Source: a phage
Sequence record: NC_101842.1
Length of the DNA stretch: 64,000 nt
Strand: one strand, 5' to 3'
Shown: positions 1 to 9,257 of the stretch, piece by piece
Layout: each line of letters opens with the position of its first letter
How positions within the stretch are numbered: the stretch's first letter is position 1
Notes under the pieces: generated by a model
Seen by the model: only the letters and a program-made list of their open reading frames with translations
Told to the model about the DNA's origin: nothing
Databases searched by the model: none
Position numbers and translations under genes: made by a program

Positions 1-280
1 ATGACGGTACAACAGAGTACTACGGATTCGAGGGTATCCGGTGCGGTGAGCTTGCTCGCGACCTTAAGGAAGATCCAGACCTGGAGGATCTACCCATAAC
101 CGTGAACGGTAAAGCTTACGTTAACCGTTAACCGTGAAAAAGATAATCATTACCTTGGGGATTGTGGCGGGATCGCTGGCGCTCTTTCCCCTTATGGTTA
201 GATATGTGCTGATCAGTATTGTCCTGGTGGTCAGTGATCTACTAGAAACGGTTGGCACCTTGTTTTAAAGAGCGATAAAA

Positions 281-472
281 ATGAATGTTGAACAAGTTAG
301 AAAGGTATTGGCGGTACTGCGTTATCATAATCATAGAAAGGTCATAGACGATCCTGATTATGTTGATTCAAGTCTGGAAGAGGATACACTACAAGCCATA
401 AGTAACATGCAAGAATTGCTAAAGCGCATGACAGAGAAAAACCGACCGGACTACATAGGCGAAAAAATATAA
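281..472 (+). CDS. hypothetical small protein (63 aa)
   Basis: ORF track; ATG at 281; followed by hairpin plus T-run at about 489-517. Confidence 0.4.
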   Translation: MNVEQVRKVLAVLRYHNHRKVIDDPDYVDSSLEEDTLQAISNMQELLKRMTEKNRPDYIGEKI

Positions 473-488
473 TCCTTATTAACTAGAA

Positions 489-517
489 AACAGGGCTTGC
501 AATGGTCCTGTTTTTTG
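489..517 (+). terminator. rho-independent terminator-like hairpin (acagg...cctgt + TTTTTT)
   Basis: 5-bp stem with T6 run directly after stop of ORF 281-472. Confidence 0.5.
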
Positions 518-600
518 TTATACTTATTACACGGCAGGCACCTGGCGACGGGGGGAGACAATCACCGGGCCTGCCTGTCATATAAGAACTATAAAAACCG

Positions 601-629
601 TTGACATCTGCCAGGTGGTGGGGTAACAT
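601..629 (+). promoter_or_regulatory. sigma70-like promoter candidate (TTGACA-17-TAACAT)
   Basis: TTGACA at 601, 17-nt spacer, TAACAT; upstream of ORF 684-956. Confidence 0.35.
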
Positions 630-683
630 TTATCTTGAAGGGGCAAAAGTGCCCACACAACAACCAGAAGAGAGGAAAACATT

Positions 684-956
684 ATGTCAAGCTGGATTAA
701 TCAAGAAGTCGAATCACGTTTTAATGCTATTTGGGATCTCATCGAAAAAGAGGACGGAACATCAAGCCCTTATCTCAATAATCTTGAATTCCATTTCGTG
801 GAAGCGATGAACGCAGAACATGATCACGAAGGTGGTGCGGATGAGTTCGCTAAATGGTATGGCTTCAACAATGCCAACGAAATGATCGAGGCGGTTGTAC
901 TCCAGGCTGAGGAAGATTATCAATTAAAAACGCTTGAATTCTGCCGCCGTAAGTAA
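684..956 (+). CDS. hypothetical small acidic protein (90 aa)
   Basis: ORF track; RBS-like agaggaaaa upstream of ATG. Confidence 0.45.
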   Translation: MSSWINQEVESRFNAIWDLIEKEDGTSSPYLNNLEFHFVEAMNAEHDHEGGADEFAKWYGFNNANEMIEAVVLQAEEDYQLKTLEFCRRK

Positions 957-1018
957 TAAGATAATGACACGGGCCAAAAGGCCCACTAAACAAAAACCAC
1001 ATAAAGAGGAAAAACATC

Positions 1019-1282
1019 ATGAAACGTCTTGACCAGCTCAAACTAGTTCAATATATGGCTTATCGTGTTCTGGAAGTCCAGAAAGGTAGCAAAAAAGAGG
1101 TTTGCGAGAAAGCTTATAAGATCTTTACCCGCAAAAAAGATGACTGGATGCTACGCCAGACCAAAAAGGCTGACATCTTGGGGTACCTGGAAGAAGAGAT
1201 CCGACTTGAAGAACAAGAAGAGATCCGCCGTAGTGAGGCAGATTATCAGGCAGCTTGGGAAAACTGGATGAGCAACAAATAA
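1019..1282 (+). CDS. hypothetical small protein (87 aa), charged
   Basis: ORF track; RBS-like aagagg upstream; terminator directly downstream. Confidence 0.45.
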   Translation: MKRLDQLKLVQYMAYRVLEVQKGSKKEVCEKAYKIFTRKKDDWMLRQTKKADILGYLEEEIRLEEQEEIRRSEADYQAAWENWMSNK

Positions 1283-1301
1283 TACAACAAGATGAACGGT
1301 C

Positions 1302-1327
1302 AGGGGCTTAAAGCCCCTTTCTTTTTG
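1302..1327 (+). terminator. rho-independent terminator (aggggc-ttaa-gcccct + T-run)
   Basis: 6-bp GC stem, tetraloop, T-rich tail immediately after stop of ORF 1019-1282. Confidence 0.65.
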
Positions 1328-1934
1328 TCTTCTCTTTTCCTACCATAAACGGCCCTACCTGGCAAGTGGAATAATTGACGAGCCATCAATCCCACACACT
1401 GTACAAATATACATGGAAAATAACTATTGCATAATTTTTCATTGTGTGGTAGCAAGGCCATTTTTACCCGTTTTACCTTCCAAAATTGCACGTAATGCCG
1501 CTATTGCACAAATTTTAACCTGATGCACATCTCCAATATCTTGTCAACAACTAAAAATCTTTATAAGTCATGCACTTACATAACCACAAAAGCGTGTTCT
1601 ACGTGAAAAATCGAGTATAACTATAGCCGCCAGATCTCAGAATTTACGTACGCTCACCAGTCTATAGCCTGCTAAGTATTTATTCCAACCATAGAATAAC
1701 GGAATAGTCAATACCTGCATAAAATAATTATTCGTGTAAACTGCATAACATAAATCGGCTAGGATGTCAACATTTTTCGTAAACAGCTCGAAATTATAAC
1801 GGTGAGTTATAATAAACAGAGAAATCTTTAGTCGTCTAATGTTTACTGTACATTACTATACTGACTGGAATCATTAGATGACTAAGAGAAAGATAAGAAA
1901 TCATTAACAATGCAATTGTTTTATTCGTAACAAT

Positions 1935-2112
1935 AAGGCAACTATGCAAACGAATGGCATGGCGCGACGGAGTCGCGACATAATATAAAAGCAGTAACCA
2001 TCACCCCCGTGATAGTTTGTCTGCAAACTATTAATCAGATCATAGTTGCCTTGTATTTAGTTAATCATGACATAACAAGCAAGGCAACTATAGATCTGCT
2101 AATAGTTGCCCT
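1935..2112. repeat. two inverted-repeat pairs of AAGGCAACTAT / ATAGTTGCC
   Basis: AAGGCAACTAT at 1935-1945 and 2071-2081; inverse ATAGTTGCC(T/C)T at 2042-2052 and 2102-2112. Confidence 0.7.
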
Positions 2113-2194
2113 GCTTTTATATTATGTCATGCTAATTATAATCAGTGCGATTATTGTCATGTATAATTATTGTCATGCAAACGAATGGCATGGC
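1944..2194. repeat. 20-bp perfect direct repeat ATGCAAACGAATGGCATGGC (two copies)
   Basis: copies at 1944-1963 and 2175-2194; second preceded by tandem ATTATTGTCATG x2. Confidence 0.7.
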
Positions 2195-2204
2195 TGATTA
2201 TCGG

Positions 2205-2296
2205 TGTGTAAACAGTCAATCATGTAAATGGTTAGCATGTGAACAATCAGGAATGTAAACAATCCAGTGTGTAAACTAATAGGTGTGTAAAAGTGT
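2205..2296. repeat. six iteron-like direct repeats of consensus RTGTAAAC
   Basis: gtgtaaac, atgtaaat, atgtgaac, atgtaaac, gtgtaaac, gtgtaaaa spaced about 15 bp. Confidence 0.6.
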
Positions 2297-2854
2297 CATG
2301 TTGTGTCAGTTAGGTCACATTATGTCAGACAAGTTTTTCCCCTCTTTGTCAAGTGCTGCATGAAAAATTTACAAGCTTGTATGGTAGCATTTTTGCGGCC
2401 CTGTTTACATTCAGGAGTGTATGTATAATCCTTGGTGTGTGGGCGTTTAGACGTCTAGACGGTTGGAAGTATGCAGGTCAATATCTAATCTATTGGCTGC
2501 TAACTATATCCCACACAAATGATAAGAAATATAATTGTTATATGCGTAAACTGTAACTCATGTTATCAATCCCTGTATGTATCGCCAGTGGTGCGCATAA
2601 TGGGTATTATGTTAAATTGCCCGTAATGATAACTATTCTCACAATGATAGGTATTCTCATTCACCCCCACAAGATAGGTTGCAAATGTTGTGCCACTGTG
2701 TGAACGGCCTAGCCTATTAATTTGCCTCACTGCCTTGATATTTGAGAATTGTTATAAGAATGAGAAGTATTCCCATTTCGTCCGCCTGGCAGCACTCCTG
2801 TAGGTCAGGTCAAAATCGTGGTAGAATTGGGCCTGTTCAGATATTTCTGGCTGA

Positions 2855-4064
2855 CTCTTCAGGTCTGTGTGGGAAAAGCCAACCTCTCCGGCGGGGCATG
2901 GGGTCATGACGGGAAAATTGCAGGTCAATTAAAAAATTTACGTGGTGTATGAAGCGCTCTTCAGGTAAGGCATGTATTATGGGATGAAACCCTCTTCAGG
3001 CAATGATATTTGTGGGTGTGATATTTGCTGGAAAGCCAGATATGACGGGACTCCCGGCGGGGCAGGGGTAGTACAGACAGGGAAAATATGGAGGATGTGG
3101 TTGGGTAAATTGATCAGGCAGGTAGAGTATGGAATATGTTACAGGTATGTTAAATAGGGAGGCTGAATATCTGTAGGATTTGTGTGTAAAATCAAAGACT
3201 TAAGTGGTGTTGTGGTATTTTCTATAAATAATTCAAGTTTAATAGGTAATATTTGTCTCTATTCGCTTTGTGTGGTAAACAGATTCAGATGAGATTGGTT
3301 TACAAGTGTATACATAATATACAAATTAAAGATACAAGAAACCCCCCTCCCCCTTCGGCTACCATTCACCTTTTCCTCTGACTGGTACTTAAACACTTAT
3401 TCAGACTCTTCAGGTTATCACCCATATATCATATGGCAGTGACTGGTGTCCTCCGGCCCCTCTTTCGTCACCCGTCCGCTTCGCCATGCTAATGCCATAG
3501 CCAATGGTTCGGTTGTTCACCCTGCTCACTCAGGTGTATCTCCATACCCCTTCAAACCGAAGAGAACAGAAAACCCGAATTACTCGGTAAAAGAAAAGAG
3601 AAGAACTTAATTTTATCAGGATAGGCAAGAATGTCAAGGCATGACTGCTCACTAAACAAGCAAACAGTCATGTGTGGGAGGTAAGTGATTGTGGTGGTGG
3701 GAAATTTAGTTGAAAGATGTGCTACAGGTGCGCTTCCAGCACTTTAGCAGGGCAGCTAATTGTGTGTCAGTCCAGCGGTTCATCCTCTACTTCACTGAAA
3801 TCAATGTTCATGGTCTCTTCCCAACCATCGATCTCAGCACAAGAGTGGAGTTCTTTAGGACTTACTCCCAAAGCATCAGCAACAGAGTCCATATTTAACA
3901 CCTCTGGCAGGTATGATTCATCGAATTCAAGGTAAATCAGGCCACGAGTGTTGTCAGCTCCACCAAATATTTCTATCTTCATGAAATCTCCTCTGGAAAT
4001 GAGAGTGTGAACAGGGTTTTATACGTTCCGATGCACAGGAATTATGCACGTTTGCCTCTTCAGG
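2855..4064. repeat. dispersed 9-mer CTCTTCAGG (5 copies) plus duplicated CCGGCGGGGCA(T)GGGG block
   Basis: CTCTTCAGG at 2855, 2957, 2992, 3406, 4056; ccggcggggcatgggg at about 2886 and ccggcggggcagggg at about 3052. Confidence 0.65.
3767..3982 (-). CDS. hypothetical small acidic protein (71 aa)
   Basis: ORF track; N-terminus MKIEIFGG resembles other MK(I/V)E(I/L) small proteins in the array. Confidence 0.4.
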   Translation of the reverse strand: MKIEIFGGADNTRGLIYLEFDESYLPEVLNMDSVADALGVSPKELHSCAEIDGWEETMNIDFSEVEDEPLD

Positions 4065-4103
4065 TCATGCTTTAGCATGAGGAACCTGTGTGGGCTCGGT
4101 GCT

Positions 4104-4316
4104 TCATAGTCTACCACCCCTGAACTCTTCGTGCTCAGGCATAATAGAGAACCAGATATCTACGATGTCCTCCCACGTCAGGTCATCAGCCTCAGGATCT
4201 GTCTGGGACGAAGATGAAGAGTCCTCAGAATATAAGTTTTCCTCTTTAACTGGCTCATCCAAGGGACATATGGTCACTCCTTCGGATGTCTCTTCAGATA
4301 CATGTGTGTTGATCAT
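4104..4316 (-). CDS. hypothetical small acidic protein (70 aa)
   Basis: ORF track; very acidic, Ser-rich. Confidence 0.35.
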   Translation of the reverse strand: MINTHVSEETSEGVTICPLDEPVKEENLYSEDSSSSSQTDPEADDLTWEDIVDIWFSIMPEHEEFRGGRL

Positions 4317-4402
4317 GTTCCACCCGTGAGTATTCCGGCAACAGCCGCTATGGAAGTAATGATCATCAGGATCACCACTAAAACTTCAGACAATGTTCTC
4401 AT
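4313..4402 (-). CDS. putative 29-aa single-pass hydrophobic peptide (MRTLSEVLVVILMIITSIAAVAGILTGGT)
   Basis: hand-translated; ATGA start/stop overlap with ORF 4104-4316; promoter-like TTGACA-17-TAGTAT upstream on minus strand. Confidence 0.3.
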   Translation of the reverse strand: MRTLSEVLVVILMIITSIAAVAGILTGGT

Positions 4403-4618
4403 TGTGTATTCCATATTCTCCAAACTGTGTGGATACTATCACGGTAGCGGTAATGTGTCAACAGAAACGCCGCGAGGGTTTGGTTAAAATCCGAGCGTAT
4501 GGTGATTTGGGTCAAAACGGACGTGCGTTCTCGCTACGCTCGAAAGAGAGATTTGTTTGTAGGAAGCTCTTAAACGCTCTGTAATGAGATTATCTGTCCA
4601 AGGTATGCAATCGTGCAC

Positions 4619-4650
4619 CAGATAAAGAAAAGGACGCCACAGAGCGTCCT
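4619..4650 (-). terminator. rho-independent terminator-like hairpin (minus strand)
   Basis: 7-bp stem aggacgc/gcgtcct; T-rich tract follows on minus strand; after ORF 4675-4986. Confidence 0.45.
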
Positions 4651-4674
4651 AGGTGTCTTAAATTTGATATTTTG

Positions 4675-4986
4675 CTATACCCATGAGGGCTTATCAAGGT
4701 TGGAGTAGCTGAAAGGTGTCAAAAGGTGACTGTCAAAATCTCTCAAACTATCTAAATCTTTTTCCTCGTCCTGACACCATCTGTGCCTACATTTATTGTT
4801 GTAGTGCATAGAATGCATAGCGTTCTGCAATTTAACAGGCACAAGTGATTCAGGAGTAGATAGTATTGTTGGGTATGCCAGAACCACCTCAAACAGTGGA
4901 AACACATCGAAACTAAAGTCTACCTCTGCAGAGGTTGATGGCATGTAAGAGTATTTAGCCGCCTTTGTAGACATAATCCACCTCAC
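4675..4986 (-). CDS. hypothetical protein (103 aa)
   Basis: ORF track; 4-nt overlap with upstream ORF. Confidence 0.4.
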   Translation of the reverse strand: MRWIMSTKAAKYSYMPSTSAEVDFSFDVFPLFEVVLAYPTILSTPESLVPVKLQNAMHSMHYNNKCRHRWCQDEEKDLDSLRDFDSHLLTPFSYSNLDKPSWV

Positions 4987-5309
4987 ACAGGTTTGATAAT
5001 ACCTTTACCGAATAACTCTTCGTATCTAATCTTATCCGGATCCCACTCCTGGATAATTTCGAAGACAATATCCAACCCTGGGATAATCACTTCTCCAGTG
5101 TCGAGCTTAGCAAGAACAAAACCGGAAGGTTGAATGGTTTCCCAGTTGCGCCGATTGGAATAGAAGACCTCGAAAATATCGCCGACCTTTATCTGTTGAT
5201 CAAGATGTTCAAGATTCTCTTTCATATAGACGCAGCGGATTTTTCGTGCAGGCCATAGACCACCTGCATCACGTTCATTTAGCTCTTTTACAGTAATCGG
5301 TATACCCAT
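4983..5309 (-). CDS. hypothetical protein (108 aa)
   Basis: ORF track. Confidence 0.45.
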   Translation of the reverse strand: MGIPITVKELNERDAGGLWPARKIRCVYMKENLEHLDQQIKVGDIFEVFYSNRRNWETIQPSGFVLAKLDTGEVIIPGLDIVFEIIQEWDPDKIRYEELFGKGIIKPV

Positions 5310-5332
5310 CTCAAATCTCCTTCATAGATAGT

Positions 5333-5362
5333 AAAAAGAGGGGCCCAAGCCCCCCCTCTTTG
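5333..5362 (-). terminator. terminator-like GC hairpin flanked by A-run and T-run (possibly bidirectional)
   Basis: aaaaagagggg-cccaagcc-cccctcttt between ORFs 5366-5671 and 4983-5309. Confidence 0.45.
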
Positions 5363-5365
5363 TCA

Positions 5366-5671
5366 TTATTCTACAGAGCGTTTGAACAGAATGTCTGCCT
5401 CAGACATGTGCTCAACCTCTTCTTCGATTTTAGCGCGACGTTTTTCAGCCTCATAGCGAATATCGAACTCGGTAGCCACCAGAGATTTGATGAATTTAGG
5501 AGAATACAGGTGATCCTGCTTCTCAACGAGAATGATATCCTTAATGGCATCTTTCAGATCTTTAATCTGAAGTTGGAGTTCTACCAGTTCTTCGATTGTT
5601 TTGCGAAGGCGATCACGCTCTGCAGTGTCAGAAGGAAGAGAGGTGAACAGTTCAACTTTAGATTTAGCCAT
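5366..5671 (-). CDS. hypothetical coiled-coil protein (101 aa)
   Basis: ORF track; charged heptad-like sequence. Confidence 0.45.
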   Translation of the reverse strand: MAKSKVELFTSLPSDTAERDRLRKTIEELVELQLQIKDLKDAIKDIILVEKQDHLYSPKFIKSLVATEFDIRYEAEKRRAKIEEEVEHMSEADILFKRSVE

Positions 5672-5699
5672 AGTAAGAGTCTCCTTATATTGTTTTAAA

Positions 5700-5951
5700 T
5701 TAACGTTCTACAAAAATACCGTTCAGTTCAATAACCAGGAATTTCTGGTCTTCACTATCGTCTCGTGCCAGCACCTCACAGACGTATCGGTCATCCCCAT
5801 CATCATCGCAGTCAAATACAAGACTGAGGACTTTATCATGGTAAACCTTCGCCACTACCGCCTCGTAAGTATTGCCGATTGTGAATCCAAGATAATCTCC
5901 GATGCATTTGACAACAACATGGTCTCCAGCATTTAAGTCAATCTTCGTCAT
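5700..5951 (-). CDS. hypothetical protein (83 aa, start refined to MTKIDLNAG)
   Basis: internal ATG preceded by aaggag RBS; listed longer ORF start lacks RBS. Confidence 0.4.
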   Translation of the reverse strand: MTKIDLNAGDHVVVKCIGDYLGFTIGNTYEAVVAKVYHDKVLSLVFDCDDDGDDRYVCEVLARDDSEDQKFLVIELNGIFVER

Positions 5952-6106
5952 TACTGCGCTCCTTGGGTAATAATACTGTATGTAAAACTTTAACCAGAGA
6001 TGTGAATAACGCCCCAAAACACACCGATAGCGCTAAAACAGACAAGGCCATCATTAAAGCTTCAGTAAAATCAGTCATTCCTCACCTCTTGTTAGTCACT
6101 ATACTA

Positions 6107-6370
6107 TCATTTATCCTTGTCGTCAAGAACTTTTTTAAATCTTTCAGGGATATCTCCCGTTCTTAGATAGTTCATGACCTCGCAAGGTTCCCACTTGAAT
6201 TTCTTACAGAGCAGGGCGGCTGAGATTGTTTCATTGCGAAAAGAAAGGATATTAATATCCCACTCTGAGAACCCCAACTTCCGAAGGGTAGCTACAGAAA
6301 TCCTCACCGCAACCCAGCAGCAAAAACATGCAACAAACGCCACTGCTACAACCCACATCAGGATGTTCAT
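6107..6370 (-). CDS. hypothetical membrane protein (N-terminal TM helix)
   Basis: MNILMWVVAVAFVACFCCWVAV hydrophobic N-terminus. Confidence 0.4.
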   Translation of the reverse strand: MNILMWVVAVAFVACFCCWVAVRISVATLRKLGFSEWDINILSFRNETISAALLCKKFKWEPCEVMNYLRTGDIPERFKKVLDDKDK

Positions 6371-6459
6371 ATAAGCACCTTACTGAAATACAAGACACAG
6401 TGTTAAGGTTACTGACCAGCAAATAATTAGCAGGACCATTGCAACCTTGGCAAGATTTA

Positions 6460-6747
6460 TCATAGTGCCTCTAAGATTTCATATCCTTCAGGTCGAAATA
6501 CAAGCCACTCCGTGGCTCCGTTTGGTCGATACGCTTTATACAGAACAACCTGATCTCGGCACATGCACATGGCTACATAGTTTTCATCCACACCTGCAGC
6601 CTGCATTGCATCTTCTTCTCCGGCAACTGCTTTGCTTACAACTTCCTTGGTAGGCAGGTGTGCGATCAGCTCGTCACCATCATTAATTCCAAAATGACTG
6701 AGTTCTCCATTGGTATCTTTAATCTTAATCTTAACCAGATCTTTCAT
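6460..6747 (-). CDS. hypothetical small acidic protein (95 aa)
   Basis: ORF track; start codon overlaps upstream stop. Confidence 0.45.
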   Translation of the reverse strand: MKDLVKIKIKDTNGELSHFGINDGDELIAHLPTKEVVSKAVAGEEDAMQAAGVDENYVAMCMCRDQVVLYKAYRPNGATEWLVFRPEGYEILEAL

Positions 6748-7076
6748 TAGTCTTTCTCCAGGTTCAAAGGTCCTAAGATTTCATATGCCAGATTAGAAGT
6801 TACCAGAGGGTCTTCTGCATCTTTAGTATTGTACCACCCGTGAATAACCAGAGTCCCACTTTGTTTCATATCCAACTGGAACTGTTCTGCAGTTTCCTCA
6901 TCCAGCTCCAAGATTTCCATAAGGTATTTGATGTTAGGAAGGTATGCAGCTGTTACAGTTCCCTCCACCAAACCTTCGGGCCAACCTACATCCGGATGAC
7001 AAGTAGGAACCAGGTTGGTCAACTTAATGGTGTACGCTTTTTCTGCACGAGCCTTCAGTAACGGGTCAATCTTCAT
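6747..7076 (-). CDS. hypothetical small acidic protein (109 aa)
   Basis: ORF track; start codon overlaps upstream stop. Confidence 0.45.
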   Translation of the reverse strand: MKIDPLLKARAEKAYTIKLTNLVPTCHPDVGWPEGLVEGTVTAAYLPNIKYLMEILELDEETAEQFQLDMKQSGTLVIHGWYNTKDAEDPLVTSNLAYEILGPLNLEKD

Positions 7077-7426
7077 TATTCGTCCTCCTCTTCGGTGCCT
7101 GCTTCCAGTAATAAGTTAAGAATATCTTCTGCACAAGGCTCATAGAACTCTTGGCCTTCATTATCGATGATTTTGTAGTCATCTCCACGAATAATCAGGG
7201 GATCACTCTCAAAATTATCGAGACCTTTAACAACGACAACACGATCGATTGCCATCATTGTAAGAACTTTATCGACATCTTCCTCTGCTACACCATACTG
7301 CAGCAGAATGTCTTTGGTAGGAGGAACAGCATCCACCACAACGCCGTTACCAAAACCTTCTGGAAGTTTAGCTAAAATATCTTCCGGAACCACATTCACA
7401 TCAAAACCGGTAATTTCTACTTTCAT
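7076..7426 (-). CDS. hypothetical small acidic protein (116 aa), MKVEITG N-terminus, acidic C-tail
   Basis: ORF track; resembles neighbours 7427-7687 and 8851-9120. Confidence 0.5.
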   Translation of the reverse strand: MKVEITGFDVNVVPEDILAKLPEGFGNGVVVDAVPPTKDILLQYGVAEEDVDKVLTMMAIDRVVVVKGLDNFESDPLIIRGDDYKIIDNEGQEFYEPCAEDILNLLLEAGTEEEDE

Positions 7427-7687
7427 TTACAGCACCTCTTCGTCAACTACTTCATAAAAATGGCCTGGGATTGCAATAGCGTTCTCACCTTCACCTACAA
7501 ACACAGTTCCGTCAAGAATCAACATCATAAGAATTTCTGTAATATCCTCTTCCGGAACGTTGCCAAAACCTTTAATCAGCTCGTAGGTTGGAATATTTAC
7601 CTCTAAGATGTCACCATCTTTAGAACGGAAATCAACACCGTCCTGAATCTCTGCCGTTTCAAGGTTTTTCAATTTAATCTTCATCAA
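7427..7687 (-). CDS. hypothetical small acidic protein (86 aa)
   Basis: ORF track; MMKIKLKNLE start, EVVDEEVL end. Confidence 0.5.
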   Translation of the reverse strand: MMKIKLKNLETAEIQDGVDFRSKDGDILEVNIPTYELIKGFGNVPEEDITEILMMLILDGTVFVGEGENAIAIPGHFYEVVDEEVL

Positions 7688-7763
7688 TCGGTCTCCTGTC
7701 TTGTTAAGATGAAGGTATTATTTCACACAGGGTTGGCGTTGTCAACACCTGTGTGCAAGAAAA

Positions 7764-8159
7764 TTACTGAAACAGTGCGGATAAATTACCTTCTGGTGGG
7801 AACTTATCTGCCAAAAACGGTGTTAGCACAGTAGCCTTCTGAAGATCTGGGGTCCACTCGTTGTTCAGAACATCCCAGTAGTACGCAATGTTGCTGTGTG
7901 GGTGCCGCATTACGAACTTTTTCCCTTCGTAGTCGTCTGAAACCTCTACAGAAGAAATAACAACAGAATCTTCAAGGGTTTCTTCATAGAAAGATCCCCC
8001 TTCAAATTTCCAACGAGATGCAAGAGCCCCTGCCTTGAACGCTGCAGATAACGGACTGTCGGCAAGAACATACATTTCTTGCACTCTGTCGCTGCGATCT
8101 TTGCTTCTTACGTTGTATACAGTATCTGAGCTATACTCAACACGGTATAGGCTTACCAT
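7764..8159 (-). CDS. hypothetical protein (131 aa), paralogue of 9966-10364
   Basis: shared motif HP(H/D)S..YYW/HYW....(E/K)TWTP with ORF 9966-10364. Confidence 0.5.
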   Translation of the reverse strand: MVSLYRVEYSSDTVYNVRSKDRSDRVQEMYVLADSPLSAAFKAGALASRWKFEGGSFYEETLEDSVVISSVEVSDDYEGKKFVMRHPHSNIAYYWDVLNNEWTPDLQKATVLTPFLADKFPPEGNLSALFQ

Positions 8160-8518
8160 TACCGCACCTCCTCAATAACTTCCACATCTGAACCTACCAC
8201 AAATGCAAAAGGACAGGTTTCATGAAAGACATCTGGATCGCCGCCAAGCTTGCTAACAATCTCTCCACCACTAATAAACACAAGCTCACCGATATTCATC
8301 AGATTGCTGAAATAGTACCCATAATGATTAAAGAATGCAGCAGGGTCAGGTAGACTGGTAGCCTCAAGCACTACATCGGTTGAGGTTACTTTCTTATCAT
8401 AACCTCTCGCCTTTTGAGATGCAAGATCTGCAGAATCCTCAGGAGACCGGAGATGCACAGGAATTGTTTCACCAATAAAGCGTACTTTCATATTATCACC
8501 CAACAACCATAGCTTCAA
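8159..8518 (-). CDS. hypothetical small protein (119 aa), member of MK(V/L)-...VEVIEE family
   Basis: C-terminal GSDVEVIEE resembles GSDADIVEL and GEDVEIVED of ORFs 10377-10631 and 10621-10848. Confidence 0.5.
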   Translation of the reverse strand: MKLWLLGDNMKVRFIGETIPVHLRSPEDSADLASQKARGYDKKVTSTDVVLEATSLPDPAAFFNHYGYYFSNLMNIGELVFISGGEIVSKLGGDPDVFHETCPFAFVVGSDVEVIEEVR

Positions 8519-8759
8519 AAGGAGTCATGAACGAATAAACGGCATCATCATCTGCTTCAGGGAATGCTCCCAAAGACTTCATATCTGAACCCTTGACAAA
8601 TACAAGGTTTTGATCAAAGGCTTCTTGGGGGTCAATCCGATACATATTTCGTAGAATATCGCTTACCTCCTCATCAAGAGGTGAGTATGCTGTGCACGTT
8701 TTTCCGATCAAGCTTTGAGAATCAGGGTATCCACCTGAAGTTTTAAAATAAACAATCAT
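8496..8759 (-). CDS. hypothetical small protein (87 aa)
   Basis: ORF track; overlaps upstream ORF by 23 nt. Confidence 0.4.
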   Translation of the reverse strand: MIVYFKTSGGYPDSQSLIGKTCTAYSPLDEEVSDILRNMYRIDPQEAFDQNLVFVKGSDMKSLGAFPEADDDAVYSFMTPFEAMVVG

Positions 8760-8850
8760 ATAGTATCACCTCTGGTAAGAGATTGGGATTCCTTTCCCAC
8801 AAATAATTACAAATCTTCCTTATCGAGGAAGTATGCTAATCCAAGCAGGA

Positions 8851-9120
8851 TTATTCCTCTACAATCTCATACACATCAGGAGTTACAATCAATTCTTCTC
8901 CGTTACCCGGTGCAACAAACACCACCAAACCTTCAGGTGTGTGCTTTTTAGCCATCTCGATAACATCTTCTCGCAGAGCTGGCTCCATCAGATCAAAACC
9001 TTCACCCAGGGCATCACGAACCACCTTCATATAGTCCACTGGTTGTGCTTCAACAATCATGCCTTCAACCAGTCCACAGTTTTTGTCTGCCAGCTCAGTT
9101 TTGAATAATTTAATTTTCAT
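8851..9120 (-). CDS. hypothetical small acidic protein (89 aa)
   Basis: ORF track; MKIKLFKTEL start, YEIVEE end. Confidence 0.5.
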   Translation of the reverse strand: MKIKLFKTELADKNCGLVEGMIVEAQPVDYMKVVRDALGEGFDLMEPALREDVIEMAKKHTPEGLVVFVAPGNGEELIVTPDVYEIVEE

Positions 9121-9257
9121 TTAGAGGTCTCCTCAATTATTTGATATTAATAGCCGTAACCTAACACATTAACTACAACTGCGATTGCAAACATAATTTC
9201 AAAGCATGCAATCTCTACATTTGGGACTAATTTCTTAATCACACCCATTGTAGCACC

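Noticed and set aside
1-99. Short open frame at the window edge (MTVQQ... ending at a TAA near 99)
   Set aside because: Only about 32 codons and truncated context; cannot tell whether it is the 3' end of a gene starting outside the window.
134-268. 44-codon hydrophobic ORF starting with GTG
   Set aside because: No convincing ribosome-binding site and a non-ATG start; hydrophobicity alone is not enough.
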